Source: Deltaproteobacteria bacterium
GTDB taxonomy: Bacteria; Myxococcota_A; Polyangia; DRWM01; JAAZOP01
DNA: 64,000 nucleotides
Direction of reading: 5' to 3'
Assembly: GCA_016218815.1 (NCBI GenBank)
Contig: JACRCX010000124.1
Location: 1,427-65,426, forward strand
The notes under the pieces are model-generated. The model had not been told where the DNA came from, made no database searches, and saw only the letters and a list, made by a program, of their open reading frames with translations. How positions within the stretch are numbered: position 1 is the first letter of the stretch; the number at the start of each line of letters is the position of its first letter. The position numbers and the translations under genes were made by a program. Shown here in pieces: positions 39,447 through 50,952 of the stretch.

Positions 39447-41966
39447 ATGGTGAAACGCACCGGGCGAGCGTTCGGCGGTCTGGCGGCCGTCGGGTTGTTC
39501 CTGGCGGCGGGGTGTGCGACATCGGCGGGTTCGACGGACGCGGCGGGGGACGCGGAGCCGCCCGGAGACGCCGGCGATGGGGCGGGCGACGGCGGAACCG
39601 CGTGCTCGCGGGATCGCGATTGCGACGACCGGATCGCGTGCACCATCGATCATTGCGGGGACGGGACGTGCGTGCACGAGCCGTGCGCGGGCTGCTGTCC
39701 CGACGGACTGCAGTGCTACGTCGACCTGGGATGCGGACCGGCGCCGACCCCGTGCACGACGGACGGGGACTGCGGTGACGGCGTCCGCTGCACGCTGGAC
39801 CGCTGTTCGGACGGGTCGTTCTGCGAGCACCTGCCGCAGGACGGCTTGTGCGACGACGGGGAGATCTGCCTCGCCGCCCTGGGCTGCATTCCCGATCCAC
39901 CCGATTCCTGCACGAGCGCGGCCGACTGCTTCCCCGATCGCTTCTGCCTGGGGTCGTGGTACTGCGAGCCCGAGTTCGGCTGCCAGTTCGAGGCGCCGCC
40001 GGACTGCGCGGACGAGCTGATCTGCACGGTCGACACCTGCGACGACGCGGCCGGCGCGTGCGTCCATACGGCCCCGGACGGCGACGCCGACGGGCACGTC
40101 GACGCGGCGTGCGGCGGGGACGACTGCGACGACGCCAACGAGGACGTGAACCCGGAGATGCCGGAGCTCCCGTGCAACGGCATCGACGACGACTGCGACC
40201 CGACGACGCTCGAGACCTGTTGCACGCCCGAGCCGTGCTCGACGTCGTGCGGGACGACGGGCGTGCGCGAGTGCAACCCCGACGGTACGCCCGGCGACTG
40301 CATCCCGCCCGACGAGACCTGCAACGGAGCGGACGACGACTGCGACACGGTCGCCGACAACGGATTCGGCTGCGTGCTGGGCGCGGCCGAGGCGTGCACG
40401 ACGGACTGCGACTCGACCGGCAGCCGGAGCTGCCAACCGGGCTGCACCTGGAGCGCCTGCGCGCCGCCCGTGGAGAGCTGTTCGGGGGCGGACGACGACT
40501 GCGACGGTCTGACGGACGAGGGGTTCGAGTGCGTCTACGGCTCGTCGGGCGCGTGCACGACCACGTGCAGCTCGATCGGGACGCACGCCTGTTCCGGTGC
40601 GTGCACGTGGGACACCTGCATCCCGCCGGTGGAAGTGTGCAACGGCTCGGACGATGACTGCGATGCGGCGCTGGACGAGGGCTTCACCTGCGTTGCGGGC
40701 ACGAACCGGGCGTGCACGACGGGCTGCGGCTCGACGGGCAGCCAGCCGTGCGAGGTCGGATGTACGTGGGGCGCCTGCGCGCCGCCGGCGGAGACGTGCA
40801 CCGGCCTCGATGACGACTGCGATGGGTCGACGGACGAGGGCTTCCTGTGCGTGATGGGGTCGAGCGGAACCTGCACGACGACGTGCGCCTCGACGGGCAG
40901 CCGGACGTGCATCGTGGGCACGGGCGGCTGTACGTGGGACACGTGCGTGCCGCCGGCGGAGACGTGCAACGGGGTGGACGACAACTGCAACGCCGTTGCG
41001 GACGACGGGTTCGCGTGCGTCCGCGGTGCGGGCGGCACGTGCACGACGACGTGCGGGTCCACGGGCAGCCACGTTTGCGGCGACGACTGCACGTGGGGCG
41101 GCTGCGCGGCGCCTGCGGAGATCTGCAGCGGGTTCGACGAGGACTGCGACGGGACGACCGACGAGGGCTTCACCTGCGCGCTGGGCTCGACCGGTCCCTG
41201 CACGACGACGTGCAGCTCGACCGGCACGCAGCTCTGCGGGAGTGGCTGCGTCTGGAGCGGGGTCTGCACGCCGCCGGCGGAGGTCTGCAACGGGGTGGAC
41301 GACGACTGCGACGCGGTCGCGGACGACGGGTACGCGTGCGTGCGCGGGTCGAGCGGCTCCTGTCCCACGTCGTGCGGCACGACGGGCACGCGCGGGTGCG
41401 CCATCGACTGCCTGTGGGGCGTGTGCGTGCCTCCGGCCGAAAGCTGCAACGGAGCGGACGACGACTGCGACGCCGCGACCGACGAGACTTTCTTCTGCCG
41501 CCGCGGCGCGACCATCGCGTGCACGTCGCTCCCTTCCGGCGGGTGGACGAGCGGCACGGCGACCTGCGCGACGGATTGCAGCGGCTGGGTGACGACGGGG
41601 TGCACATCCGCGAGCTTCGATCCGAGCGGGATCTACTCCGTCAGTCCGGCGCCGAGCTACACGTGCGGCCCGTTCGGAATCGTGAGCTTCAACATCACGC
41701 AGTTCACCTTCTCCGACACAGGCAGCTTGCTGACGGTGTACGGCGCGCCGTGCGGAACGGGTGGTGCAATGACCGGTCCTTCGGCGCGCACGACGCGCAA
41801 CATCAACGTGACCTGCACGTATTCCGGGTCGTGCAACGAGATCTATTCCCTGACCGGGTCGTTCGATACCGACAACCACTGGACCGGCACCTTCACCGCC
41901 AACTATGTCGGGTCGTGCTTCACTTGCGCCTTGCGCACGTGGTCGGTATCCGGCACGCGCCTGTAG
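39447..41966 (+). CDS. Cys/Asp-rich repeat surface lipoprotein
   Basis: AAGC lipobox; eight ~53-aa ExCNGxDDDCD..DEGFxC..CTTxCxSTG..CTW..CxPP units; beta-rich C-terminus. Confidence 0.88.
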   Translation: MVKRTGRAFGGLAAVGLFLAAGCATSAGSTDAAGDAEPPGDAGDGAGDGGTACSRDRDCDDRIACTIDHCGDGTCVHEPCAGCCPDGLQCYVDLGCGPAPTPCTTDGDCGDGVRCTLDRCSDGSFCEHLPQDGLCDDGEICLAALGCIPDPPDSCTSAADCFPDRFCLGSWYCEPEFGCQFEAPPDCADELICTVDTCDDAAGACVHTAPDGDADGHVDAACGGDDCDDANEDVNPEMPELPCNGIDDDCDPTTLETCCTPEPCSTSCGTTGVRECNPDGTPGDCIPPDETCNGADDDCDTVADNGFGCVLGAAEACTTDCDSTGSRSCQPGCTWSACAPPVESCSGADDDCDGLTDEGFECVYGSSGACTTTCSSIGTHACSGACTWDTCIPPVEVCNGSDDDCDAALDEGFTCVAGTNRACTTGCGSTGSQPCEVGCTWGACAPPAETCTGLDDDCDGSTDEGFLCVMGSSGTCTTTCASTGSRTCIVGTGGCTWDTCVPPAETCNGVDDNCNAVADDGFACVRGAGGTCTTTCGSTGSHVCGDDCTWGGCAAPAEICSGFDEDCDGTTDEGFTCALGSTGPCTTTCSSTGTQLCGSGCVWSGVCTPPAEVCNGVDDDCDAVADDGYACVRGSSGSCPTSCGTTGTRGCAIDCLWGVCVPPAESCNGADDDCDAATDETFFCRRGATIACTSLPSGGWTSGTATCATDCSGWVTTGCTSASFDPSGIYSVSPAPSYTCGPFGIVSFNITQFTFSDTGSLLTVYGAPCGTGGAMTGPSARTTRNINVTCTYSGSCNEIYSLTGSFDTDNHWTGTFTANYVGSCFTCALRTWSVSGTRL

Positions 41967-42028
41967 GACGGGCCGGCGCCGAAACCGCCCGGTTGCGACG
42001 CTCGGGCCGACATCCCCCCTGTCCGTTT

Positions 42029-42061
42029 CTCTGCGTCTCTGCGTCTCTGCGCGAGAATTCC
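42029..42061 (-). repeat. 8-mer CGCAGAGA array, inverted copy of 3880-3912
   Basis: 32/33 nt identical to the reverse complement of 3880-3912. Confidence 0.9.
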
Positions 42062-42065
42062 GCCC

Positions 42066-43394
42066 CTATTCCCCGCTGAACTGCACCCCATCGAAGACCA
42101 GGCTGGGGACGCGGAGGGAGCTGTAGGGCCAGGGGTCGTTGCCGACATCGACCAAGCGCTGCCAGAAGTCCTTGTGGTTGCCCGCGACGTTCATCTCGGC
42201 GATCGGCTGCGTCAACGCGCCGTTCTCGATCAACGTGCCGTAGATGCCCGTCGAGAAGTCTCCGGTGGTCGAGTTGGAATTGCCGCCGATGAAGCCGCGG
42301 ACAAGGATGCCGCGGGAGACCCCGGCCGTCAGCTCCTCGAGGCTCTTCGTCCCGGGCGCCAGCACGAGGTTCGACCGGCCGCCCGTGGTCGGCGGCAGCC
42401 CGAGCTTCTTCCCGTAGTACGTGTCGACGTAGAAGCTGCGGAAGACGCCCTTCTCGAACACCGGCATGGGCCTGGCCGTAATGCCCTCGCCGTCGAACAG
42501 GCGCGAGCCGAAGCCGCCGGCGAGGAAGGGGTCGTCGAGGATGTCGAACTTCTCGCCGGCGAAGCTCTTGCCGACCATGCCGTCCAGGAACGACTGCTTC
42601 TGCTGGAGCGCGCGGCCGGAGGCGGCGGCGAGAAGGTAGCCGAGCAGCCGGCCGACGGCGCGGTTTTCGATGATCATCGTCAGCTTCGCCGTCGGGATCT
42701 TCGTCGTGCCCAGGCGCAGCAGGCCGTACTCCGCCGCCTTCGTGCCCACCAGCTCGGGCCCCGGAAGCTCGGCACGCTTGCGCGACGCCACGTCGTAGTC
42801 GCCTTCCGGCCGCTTCTCCCCCTGGTCCTGCAGCGACACCGTCGCCCAGGCGCCGAAGTAGGACGCGCGTTGGGTTCCTTCGAACCCGTTGGAGTGGAGC
42901 TGGAACAGCTCGCCCTCCTCGTCCTCGCACGCCGTCTCCGCCTGGATCGCCTTGTCGCCGGCCTTGGCGAGCGCCGCGGCTTCCGTGGCCGCCGCGAAGT
43001 CCTTGCGCTGCTCCGGAGTGACCTGGGCGATCGCCGGGTCGAAGAGGCCGAGGTCCCGCTCGTCGCGGCCCTCGTACAGCGACGGGTCGGGCAGCTCGCG
43101 GTACGGGTCGGGGGTCATGGCGCGGCAGAGGGCGACCGCGGAGTCGAGGAAGCGGTCGATGGCCTCGGGCCGCAGGTCGTTGGTCGTGCAGGTCGTGTAG
43201 CGCCCGTCGATGTAGAGCGCCAGGCTCACGCCGAGGCGCGAGGACTCCTGAATCTTGTCGACGCGGCCGGTGCGCCAGGTGACGGAGACGTTGCGCGAGC
43301 GCGTGGCGCCGACGCGGACGCCCTTGACGCCGCGCTGCAGGGCGCCGTTCATCATCTTCCGGGCCGTCTCGTCCAGCTTGATCTCGCCGCTCAT
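42066..43394 (-). CDS. pmbA: PmbA/TldE family protein
   Basis: SRLFDGEG, NSNSTTGDFS, QPIAEMNVAGN; no HExxxH; ATGA-coupled to tldD. Confidence 0.88.
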   Translation of the reverse strand: MSGEIKLDETARKMMNGALQRGVKGVRVGATRSRNVSVTWRTGRVDKIQESSRLGVSLALYIDGRYTTCTTNDLRPEAIDRFLDSAVALCRAMTPDPYRELPDPSLYEGRDERDLGLFDPAIAQVTPEQRKDFAAATEAAALAKAGDKAIQAETACEDEEGELFQLHSNGFEGTQRASYFGAWATVSLQDQGEKRPEGDYDVASRKRAELPGPELVGTKAAEYGLLRLGTTKIPTAKLTMIIENRAVGRLLGYLLAAASGRALQQKQSFLDGMVGKSFAGEKFDILDDPFLAGGFGSRLFDGEGITARPMPVFEKGVFRSFYVDTYYGKKLGLPPTTGGRSNLVLAPGTKSLEELTAGVSRGILVRGFIGGNSNSTTGDFSTGIYGTLIENGALTQPIAEMNVAGNHKDFWQRLVDVGNDPWPYSSLRVPSLVFDGVQFSGE

Positions 43395-45001
43395 GACCGC
43401 ACCCCGCCCACGGTGATGGCCGCGACGCGGATGGTCGGCAGGCCCAGGCCCACCGGGACGCCCTGGCCGTCCTTGCCGCAGGTCCACGTGCCGCCGTCCA
43501 GCTCGAAGTCGCCGCCCACCATGTCCACCTTGCCCAGGCTGTCCGGTCCGTTGCCGATGAGGTTCACGTCCTTGACCGGGGAGGTCAGCTTGCCGTCCTC
43601 GATCAGGTAGCCCGTCTTGACGTAGAAGCTGTAGTCGCCCGCGCCGATGTTGACCTCGCCGTTGGAGAAGTCGATCGCGTACAGGCCCTTCTTCACGGAA
43701 CCGATGATCTCGTCGTGGCCGTGAGGACCCGGCTCCATGAACGTCACCCGCATGCGGGGGATCGGCGGGAAGCGGAAGTCCTCGCGGCGCCCGTTGCCGG
43801 TGCGCTCGACGCCGTAGTGCTTCGCGGAGATGCGGTCGTGGAGGTACGAGACGAGGACGCCCTTGTCGACGAGCACGGTGCGCCGCCCGGGCGTGCCCTC
43901 GTCGTCGACGGCGAGCGCGCCGCGGTTGCCGGGCTCGAGGCCCGAGTCGACGATGGTCACGAACTCGGCGGCGATCTTCCGGCCCATCATCGAGGAGAAG
44001 ATCGAGATCCCCTTGCGGTTGAAGTCCGCCTCGAACCCGTGCCCCATCGCCTCGTGCAGCAGGATGCCCGACGTCGCCGGGGCCAGGACGACCGGCATCT
44101 CGCCGGCCGGCGGCGTGACGGCGTCGAACAAGAGCATCGTGCGCTTCACGGCCTCGGCCGCGAGCGCCTCGAGGACCTGCGGCGTGTAGAAGTCGGGCCC
44201 GCCGCGGCGGCTGCGGGAGTACCAGTTCGTCTCGCGGCGGCCGCCCTTCTCCGCCGTGCAGGTGGCGTAGAGGAAGGTCATCGGGCGGCGGTTCTCGACG
44301 AACGCGCCGTCGGAGTTGGCCACCAGGACGATGTCGTCCTCGGCCCGGAAGCGTACGGCCGCCTTGATCACGCTCGGGTCACCCGCCGCCAGCTTCTTGC
44401 CGACGCCATCGACGATGGCGAGCTTGTCCGACGGCGCGACGGCCAGCCATTGCGGCTCGGCCGGATACAGCGCCGCCGGGATCTCGACCGGCGTGAAGGT
44501 CCCCGGCGCGGCCGTCGCCGCGGCCGCCGCGATCGCGGCCGCCGTCCCGGCCGCGCGGAGCAGGCTCTCGGGGGCGAGGTCCTCGCTGAAGGCGTATCCG
44601 GTCTGGTCGCCGAGCAGGACGCGCACTCCGGCGCCCAGGTCGACCCGCGCGTACGCCTCGTTGACCTGCCCGTCCTCGAACGCGACGTAGTCGGCGAGCT
44701 TGTGCTGCAGGAAGACCTCGCAGTGGTCGCCGCCCTTCGACAGTCCGCGCTCCAGCGTCCGCCGCAGCAGCTCCCGGTCCACGCCGAAATTCTCCGCGAA
44801 GTACCCCGTCTCCCGCGGCGCGGCCCCGACGTCCGCCGGCGGGGGAGGGGGCGGGGCCGAAACGGCGTCGATGGCTCCCGCCTCCGGCGGAGCCGCGGGG
44901 CTCTTCTTCGAACAGCCCGCGAACAGCGGCAGCCCCGCGGCGCTCGCCGCCCCCGCCGCCGCCATCGCGAGGAAATCCCGTCGTCCGATCTTCGTTTGCA
45001 T
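43391..45001 (-). CDS. tldD: TldD family metalloprotease with Tat/lipoprotein signal
   Basis: HEAMGHGFEAD, DDEG, TGNGRRE, PRMRVT, TCGKDGQGVPV; N-terminal GRRDFL...FAGC. Confidence 0.92.
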   Translation of the reverse strand: MQTKIGRRDFLAMAAAGAASAAGLPLFAGCSKKSPAAPPEAGAIDAVSAPPPPPPADVGAAPRETGYFAENFGVDRELLRRTLERGLSKGGDHCEVFLQHKLADYVAFEDGQVNEAYARVDLGAGVRVLLGDQTGYAFSEDLAPESLLRAAGTAAAIAAAAATAAPGTFTPVEIPAALYPAEPQWLAVAPSDKLAIVDGVGKKLAAGDPSVIKAAVRFRAEDDIVLVANSDGAFVENRRPMTFLYATCTAEKGGRRETNWYSRSRRGGPDFYTPQVLEALAAEAVKRTMLLFDAVTPPAGEMPVVLAPATSGILLHEAMGHGFEADFNRKGISIFSSMMGRKIAAEFVTIVDSGLEPGNRGALAVDDEGTPGRRTVLVDKGVLVSYLHDRISAKHYGVERTGNGRREDFRFPPIPRMRVTFMEPGPHGHDEIIGSVKKGLYAIDFSNGEVNIGAGDYSFYVKTGYLIEDGKLTSPVKDVNLIGNGPDSLGKVDMVGGDFELDGGTWTCGKDGQGVPVGLGLPTIRVAAITVGGVRS

Positions 45002-45019
45002 CGTCCCACCTCGCTTCAA

Positions 45020-45083
45020 GCTCTGAGCTCCGAGCTCTGAGCTCTGGGATAGGGCCTCACAGCTCAAGGCTCAGATCTCAGAG
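45020..45083. repeat. Head-to-head heptamer arrays (GCTCTGA / TCAGAGC)
   Basis: gctctga gctccga gctctga gctctgg...tcacagc tcaaggc tcagatc tcagagc. Confidence 0.75.
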
Positions 45084-45857
45084 CCTGGCCACGAAGTCCC
45101 CGATCGCCCCCCAGTACTTCCGTCCCCCGTAGGCCATGATCGAGTTGTGGCCCGCTCCCTCGATGAGCACCAGCGTCTTGTCCCGCGCCGCGCACGCTTC
45201 GAAGTTCAGGTGCGCGTCCTCGATCGGGATGATGGTGTCCTCGTCGGCGTGCAGGATCAAGGTCGGAATCGCCACCCGCCGCATCGCGGCCTCGTTGTCG
45301 AACCCGTCCGCCTCCGTGAGGCCGGCGCGCTCGATCGGCACCCCGACGAGGCGCAGGAGCGGCAGGGTGCGTGCGAAGCCGCTCTCGAGGATCAGGCCGG
45401 CGAGGTCGGCGCCGCGGGTCGCGGCGAGGTGGATCGCGGGGGCGGAGCCGAGCGACCGCCCCAGGACGACGATTGGACGGCGGCCGCGGATCGCCGGCAA
45501 CGAACGGACGAAGTCCAGCACCCCGTCCGCGTCGAGGACGATGCGCGAGGGCGTCGGCTGGCCGGTCGAGCGGCCGTAGCCGCGGTAGTCGACCACGAGC
45601 AGTGCGGCGCCGAGCGCGCGGTACGCCGGGGTGACCTCGTCGTAATCGGCGACGAGCTCGCCGTTGCCGTGGAAGAGGAGGACGAGGGGGCCGCCGTCCG
45701 GTCCCGGGTGCAGGCGCGCGTGCAGCACCGCCCCGCCCTCGACCGGGATCGAGAGGTCCGTGCTGCCGGGCGGGGCAGGATCGCCCGGGTCGGGGCGGGG
45801 GAAGAAGATGCGCCCGGTGACGATCGGCACGTCGAGCTTGGAGAGGCGCGCGGCCAT
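45078..45857 (-). CDS. Alpha/beta hydrolase
   Basis: FHGNGE, DYRGYGRS, GRSLG nucleophile elbow, HADEDTII, GAGHN. Confidence 0.9.
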   Translation of the reverse strand: MAARLSKLDVPIVTGRIFFPRPDPGDPAPPGSTDLSIPVEGGAVLHARLHPGPDGGPLVLLFHGNGELVADYDEVTPAYRALGAALLVVDYRGYGRSTGQPTPSRIVLDADGVLDFVRSLPAIRGRRPIVVLGRSLGSAPAIHLAATRGADLAGLILESGFARTLPLLRLVGVPIERAGLTEADGFDNEAAMRRVAIPTLILHADEDTIIPIEDAHLNFEACAARDKTLVLIEGAGHNSIMAYGGRKYWGAIGDFVARL

Positions 45858-46006
45858 GGCGGCACCGTAGCCGGAGTCGCCGGGAGAGGCAACGCGCTGC
45901 GCTTCGCGCGGTTGTTGGTGATTGGTTCTTGGTTGTTGGTCCGGACGTCGGCAGTGGGGGAGCGCGAGGATCAGGAACAGCGTCGACGCCACGGCGGCGG
46001 TGGCGG

Positions 46007-46585
46007 TCACGGGTTTCCCCGCTTGCGGGTGCCGCGCTTCGCGGGGCGGCCGACCGACCCCGGTCGCTTCGCCTCGGGCCGTTCGAGCGGCCGGCCGTCG
46101 GCGAGGGCCAGGGCCATGGCGCGCAGCTCGGGGGACTCGAGGGCCCCGGCGACGGCGCGCAGCGCGGGAAGTGGTTCGCGGTTCGCGCCCTCGGCCGCTG
46201 CGTCGGTCGAGCGCAGCTCGGGGTTGACGCCGACGCGGATGTCGAGGGACTGGACGGAATCGCCCAGCTCCCGCTGGAGCTTGCGGACGATCTCGCGGGC
46301 CTGCATCGACAGTTCCTGCCGCCAGGCGGGGCTGGTGACCTGCACCAGCAGCTTCCTGTCCACGATCCGGATCGGTCGCGCGACCTGGGCGATGCGCGGA
46401 CCGACCGCGCGCGACCAGGCCGCCGTGACGGCAAGGCTGCGCTCGGCCCGGGGCTGGCGGAAGAGCTGTTCGAGGATCCTGCGCAGCTCGGAGCCGGCGC
46501 GAGCGGGCGCGCCGGAGCGGCGGTCGGGCGGCGCTCCCGACGGCGGCCGGTCCGTGTCGCGCCGGTCGGTGTCGTCGTCAGCCAC
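46007..46585 (-). CDS. DUF721/DciA family protein
   Basis: AWSRAVGPRIAQVARP...LLVQVTSPAWRQELS...IVRKLQ. Confidence 0.8.
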   Translation of the reverse strand: MADDDTDRRDTDRPPSGAPPDRRSGAPARAGSELRRILEQLFRQPRAERSLAVTAAWSRAVGPRIAQVARPIRIVDRKLLVQVTSPAWRQELSMQAREIVRKLQRELGDSVQSLDIRVGVNPELRSTDAAAEGANREPLPALRAVAGALESPELRAMALALADGRPLERPEAKRPGSVGRPAKRGTRKRGNP

Positions 46586-46750
46586 GCTCCGTGTTCCGTC
46601 CTTTCGTCCCGCCGAGCGGGCGACGAACGTTGCTCACGGCCGGGATGCTAGTACGACACCTGCGGACCAACAACCGTCCGGAACCAATTACCAAGAACCA
46701 AAGACTCCCCACGTTGCTCACGCCTTGCCGCCGCCTTATGCTCCCGAGCC

Positions 46751-48820
<2,070 letters not shown>

Positions 48821-48851
48821 TTGCGGTGGGACGAGGGCGAGCGGGGGAGGG

Positions 48852-50324
48852 CTACATGCCGGCCATCTTCTCCATCAGGCAGGTCATGTAGTCGCTTCCG
48901 CCCATGCCGCACGGGGTGTCCTTGCAGGCGGCAACGGCCTTCTCGTAGGCCGCGGCATCCTCCTCCTTCATGGCGTTGCACTGTTCTTCGGCGGCCGCCT
49001 TCATCGGGGCCAGCGCTTCCGCGGGCAACGCGACGCCGGCCGAGGCGGACGTCATGCATCCGGTCATCTTCTCGATGCAACCGCCACCGCCGCCACCGCC
49101 GCCACCGCCGCTGCCGGCCGCGCCGCGGGGGTTGGCCGCGTAGGCGGCCAGGGCGCACTCCTTCAGGACCGGGCAGTAGTCCTTCTGGGCACCCTTGATG
49201 CACTGTGCGCCGACCGCCTGTCCCTTGGAGGACGCCGCCTTGCAACTCGACCGGCACGTCCCAACTACTTCCTTGAGCTGCGCCTCGAACATCGCCCTGT
49301 CGGGGCCCTTGGCAGCCTTGTAGGCCGGGCTCGCCCTCATGCACGCCGTCATGGCGTTGCACGTCTTGTCGCACGGCGAGGCTTCCTCGTCTCCGGCGAA
49401 GACGAGGAAGTAGAGCAGGGCGGCGCCGCCGAGGACGACGACGCCGATGATGAGGAACAGCCAGAGCTTGCTGCCGCCGCCTCCGGGCGCGGCGCCGGGC
49501 ATCGCCATGCCGGGGCCGGGGTAGGGCTGGCCTCCCGGCGGGGCGAATCCTGGCATGCCGCCCGGGCCCGGCATTCCGGGGGGCGGCTGCGCGCCGGGGA
49601 AGCCCATCTGCGGCATTCCCGGCTGGTCCATCGACGGCATTCCGGGCATCCCGGCTGGCGGCGAAACCCCGTAGCCTCCGGGCGACGGCATCTGCGGCAT
49701 CATGCCCTGGACCGCGCCCTCGGGCGAGGGCGCGCCGGCAGGAAAGCCGCCGGGCATCTGCGCCCCGAAGGAGGCGGGGGAGGGCGCCGAGGTGGGGACG
49801 CCGAACGCGCCCGCGGCCTGCGCGCCGAACGCGGCGGGTGTCGGCGCGGGTGCCGGCGCGGGGAACCCTCCGAAAGCGGGCGCGGGCGCGGGCGGCGGGT
49901 AGCCGCCTGGGGCGGGCGCGGGCGCGGGATAGGGCGCCGGCGCGGGAGCCTGTCCGGGCGGCATCATGGCCGGAGAAGCCATCATCGTCGCATCGAGGCC
50001 GAGCGGCCGCGGTCCGACCTGCGGCGCGGGCGCCGGTGCGGGCGCGGGCGGAGGAGCCATCGGCGCCGGATGCGGGGCCATGGGTGCGGGCGCCATGGGC
50101 GCGGGCGCCGGTGCGCGCGGCGGCACGCCCATCGGGGGCATCATGCCGGGAGGGGGAGCGGCTGGACCGCGCGGAGCGCCGGGAGGCGGCTGGCCGAACA
50201 TGGGGGGCATCCCCAGCATGGTCTTCGCCGCTTCCTTCTTCTGCGGGGCGGGGCCCACCGGCCCGGGCGCCCCCGGCCCCTTTCCGGGCGGTTTACCGAA
50301 TCCCTGGTCCATCTTGCTCATCAC
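48852..50324 (-). CDS. Pro/Met/Gly-rich bitopic membrane protein with Cys-rich helical C-terminal domain
   Basis: GGAGG RBS; KTMLG motif; ~285 aa low-complexity region; TM LWLFLIIGVVVLGGAALLYFLVF; paired Cys. Confidence 0.78.
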   Translation of the reverse strand: MMSKMDQGFGKPPGKGPGAPGPVGPAPQKKEAAKTMLGMPPMFGQPPPGAPRGPAAPPPGMMPPMGVPPRAPAPAPMAPAPMAPHPAPMAPPPAPAPAPAPQVGPRPLGLDATMMASPAMMPPGQAPAPAPYPAPAPAPGGYPPPAPAPAFGGFPAPAPAPTPAAFGAQAAGAFGVPTSAPSPASFGAQMPGGFPAGAPSPEGAVQGMMPQMPSPGGYGVSPPAGMPGMPSMDQPGMPQMGFPGAQPPPGMPGPGGMPGFAPPGGQPYPGPGMAMPGAAPGGGGSKLWLFLIIGVVVLGGAALLYFLVFAGDEEASPCDKTCNAMTACMRASPAYKAAKGPDRAMFEAQLKEVVGTCRSSCKAASSKGQAVGAQCIKGAQKDYCPVLKECALAAYAANPRGAAGSGGGGGGGGGGCIEKMTGCMTSASAGVALPAEALAPMKAAAEEQCNAMKEEDAAAYEKAVAACKDTPCGMGGSDYMTCLMEKMAGM

Positions 50325-50363
50325 CCACCTCCCTCGCCGGGCGCTTGCGCCACGGGCGTGCGA

Positions 50364-50930
50364 TCAGCGGTGCGCCAGGCGCCGCCGCAGGTGCGTCAAC
50401 AGCGAATCGACCCGTCGCATCGCGACGAGCAGGTCATCCTCCGCGATCTCCAGATCGGTCATCGCCTCGTCGACCTCGTCGAACAGCCAAGCGCGCGCCG
50501 CGGGATCGCGCAGCACCATGTCCACCCGCTTGCCCTTGTGCTCGGCCTGGCGCAGCTTCGGCAGACGGGCGTCGAACAGCGCGAAGGTGTCCGCCAGGAA
50601 GCCTCGTGCGGCCGCGAGGTCCGGCTCCAGCTCCGCGAAGAACGCCGGGAAGCGCTGCGTCTGGCGTTCGCGCACGGCGCTCCCGGCGGGGGCGGCGTGG
50701 GCGGCGGCGAGGCGGAGCGTGATGGCGTCGTCGACCATCCCCAACGGGCCCCACGTGTCGGGGATCAGATCACCGGCCTGGAGCAGCGACAACAGGGAAC
50801 CGACGACGATGGCCTGGGCGTCCTGGTCGATCTCGTCGTCGTCCAGCAACTCGCAAGCGACTCGCACATCCTGCGGCAGGTCGATGACCGCCCGAACGTA
50901 GCGACTGACGAACTCCTCACGCGCGTCCAT
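50364..50930 (-). CDS. YkvA/DUF1232-like protein
   Basis: DLIPDTWGPLGMVDDA motif. Confidence 0.72.
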   Translation of the reverse strand: MDAREEFVSRYVRAVIDLPQDVRVACELLDDDEIDQDAQAIVVGSLLSLLQAGDLIPDTWGPLGMVDDAITLRLAAAHAAPAGSAVRERQTQRFPAFFAELEPDLAAARGFLADTFALFDARLPKLRQAEHKGKRVDMVLRDPAARAWLFDEVDEAMTDLEIAEDDLLVAMRRVDSLLTHLRRRLAHR

Positions 50931-50952
50931 GATCGCAGCCCGCTCCGCCTCC

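Noticed and set aside
35913-41879. 1988-aa minus ORF as a single giant amidase fusion
   Set aside because: Only 35913-37358 is amidase, with its own RBS; the rest is antisense to the M49 and Cys-rich genes.
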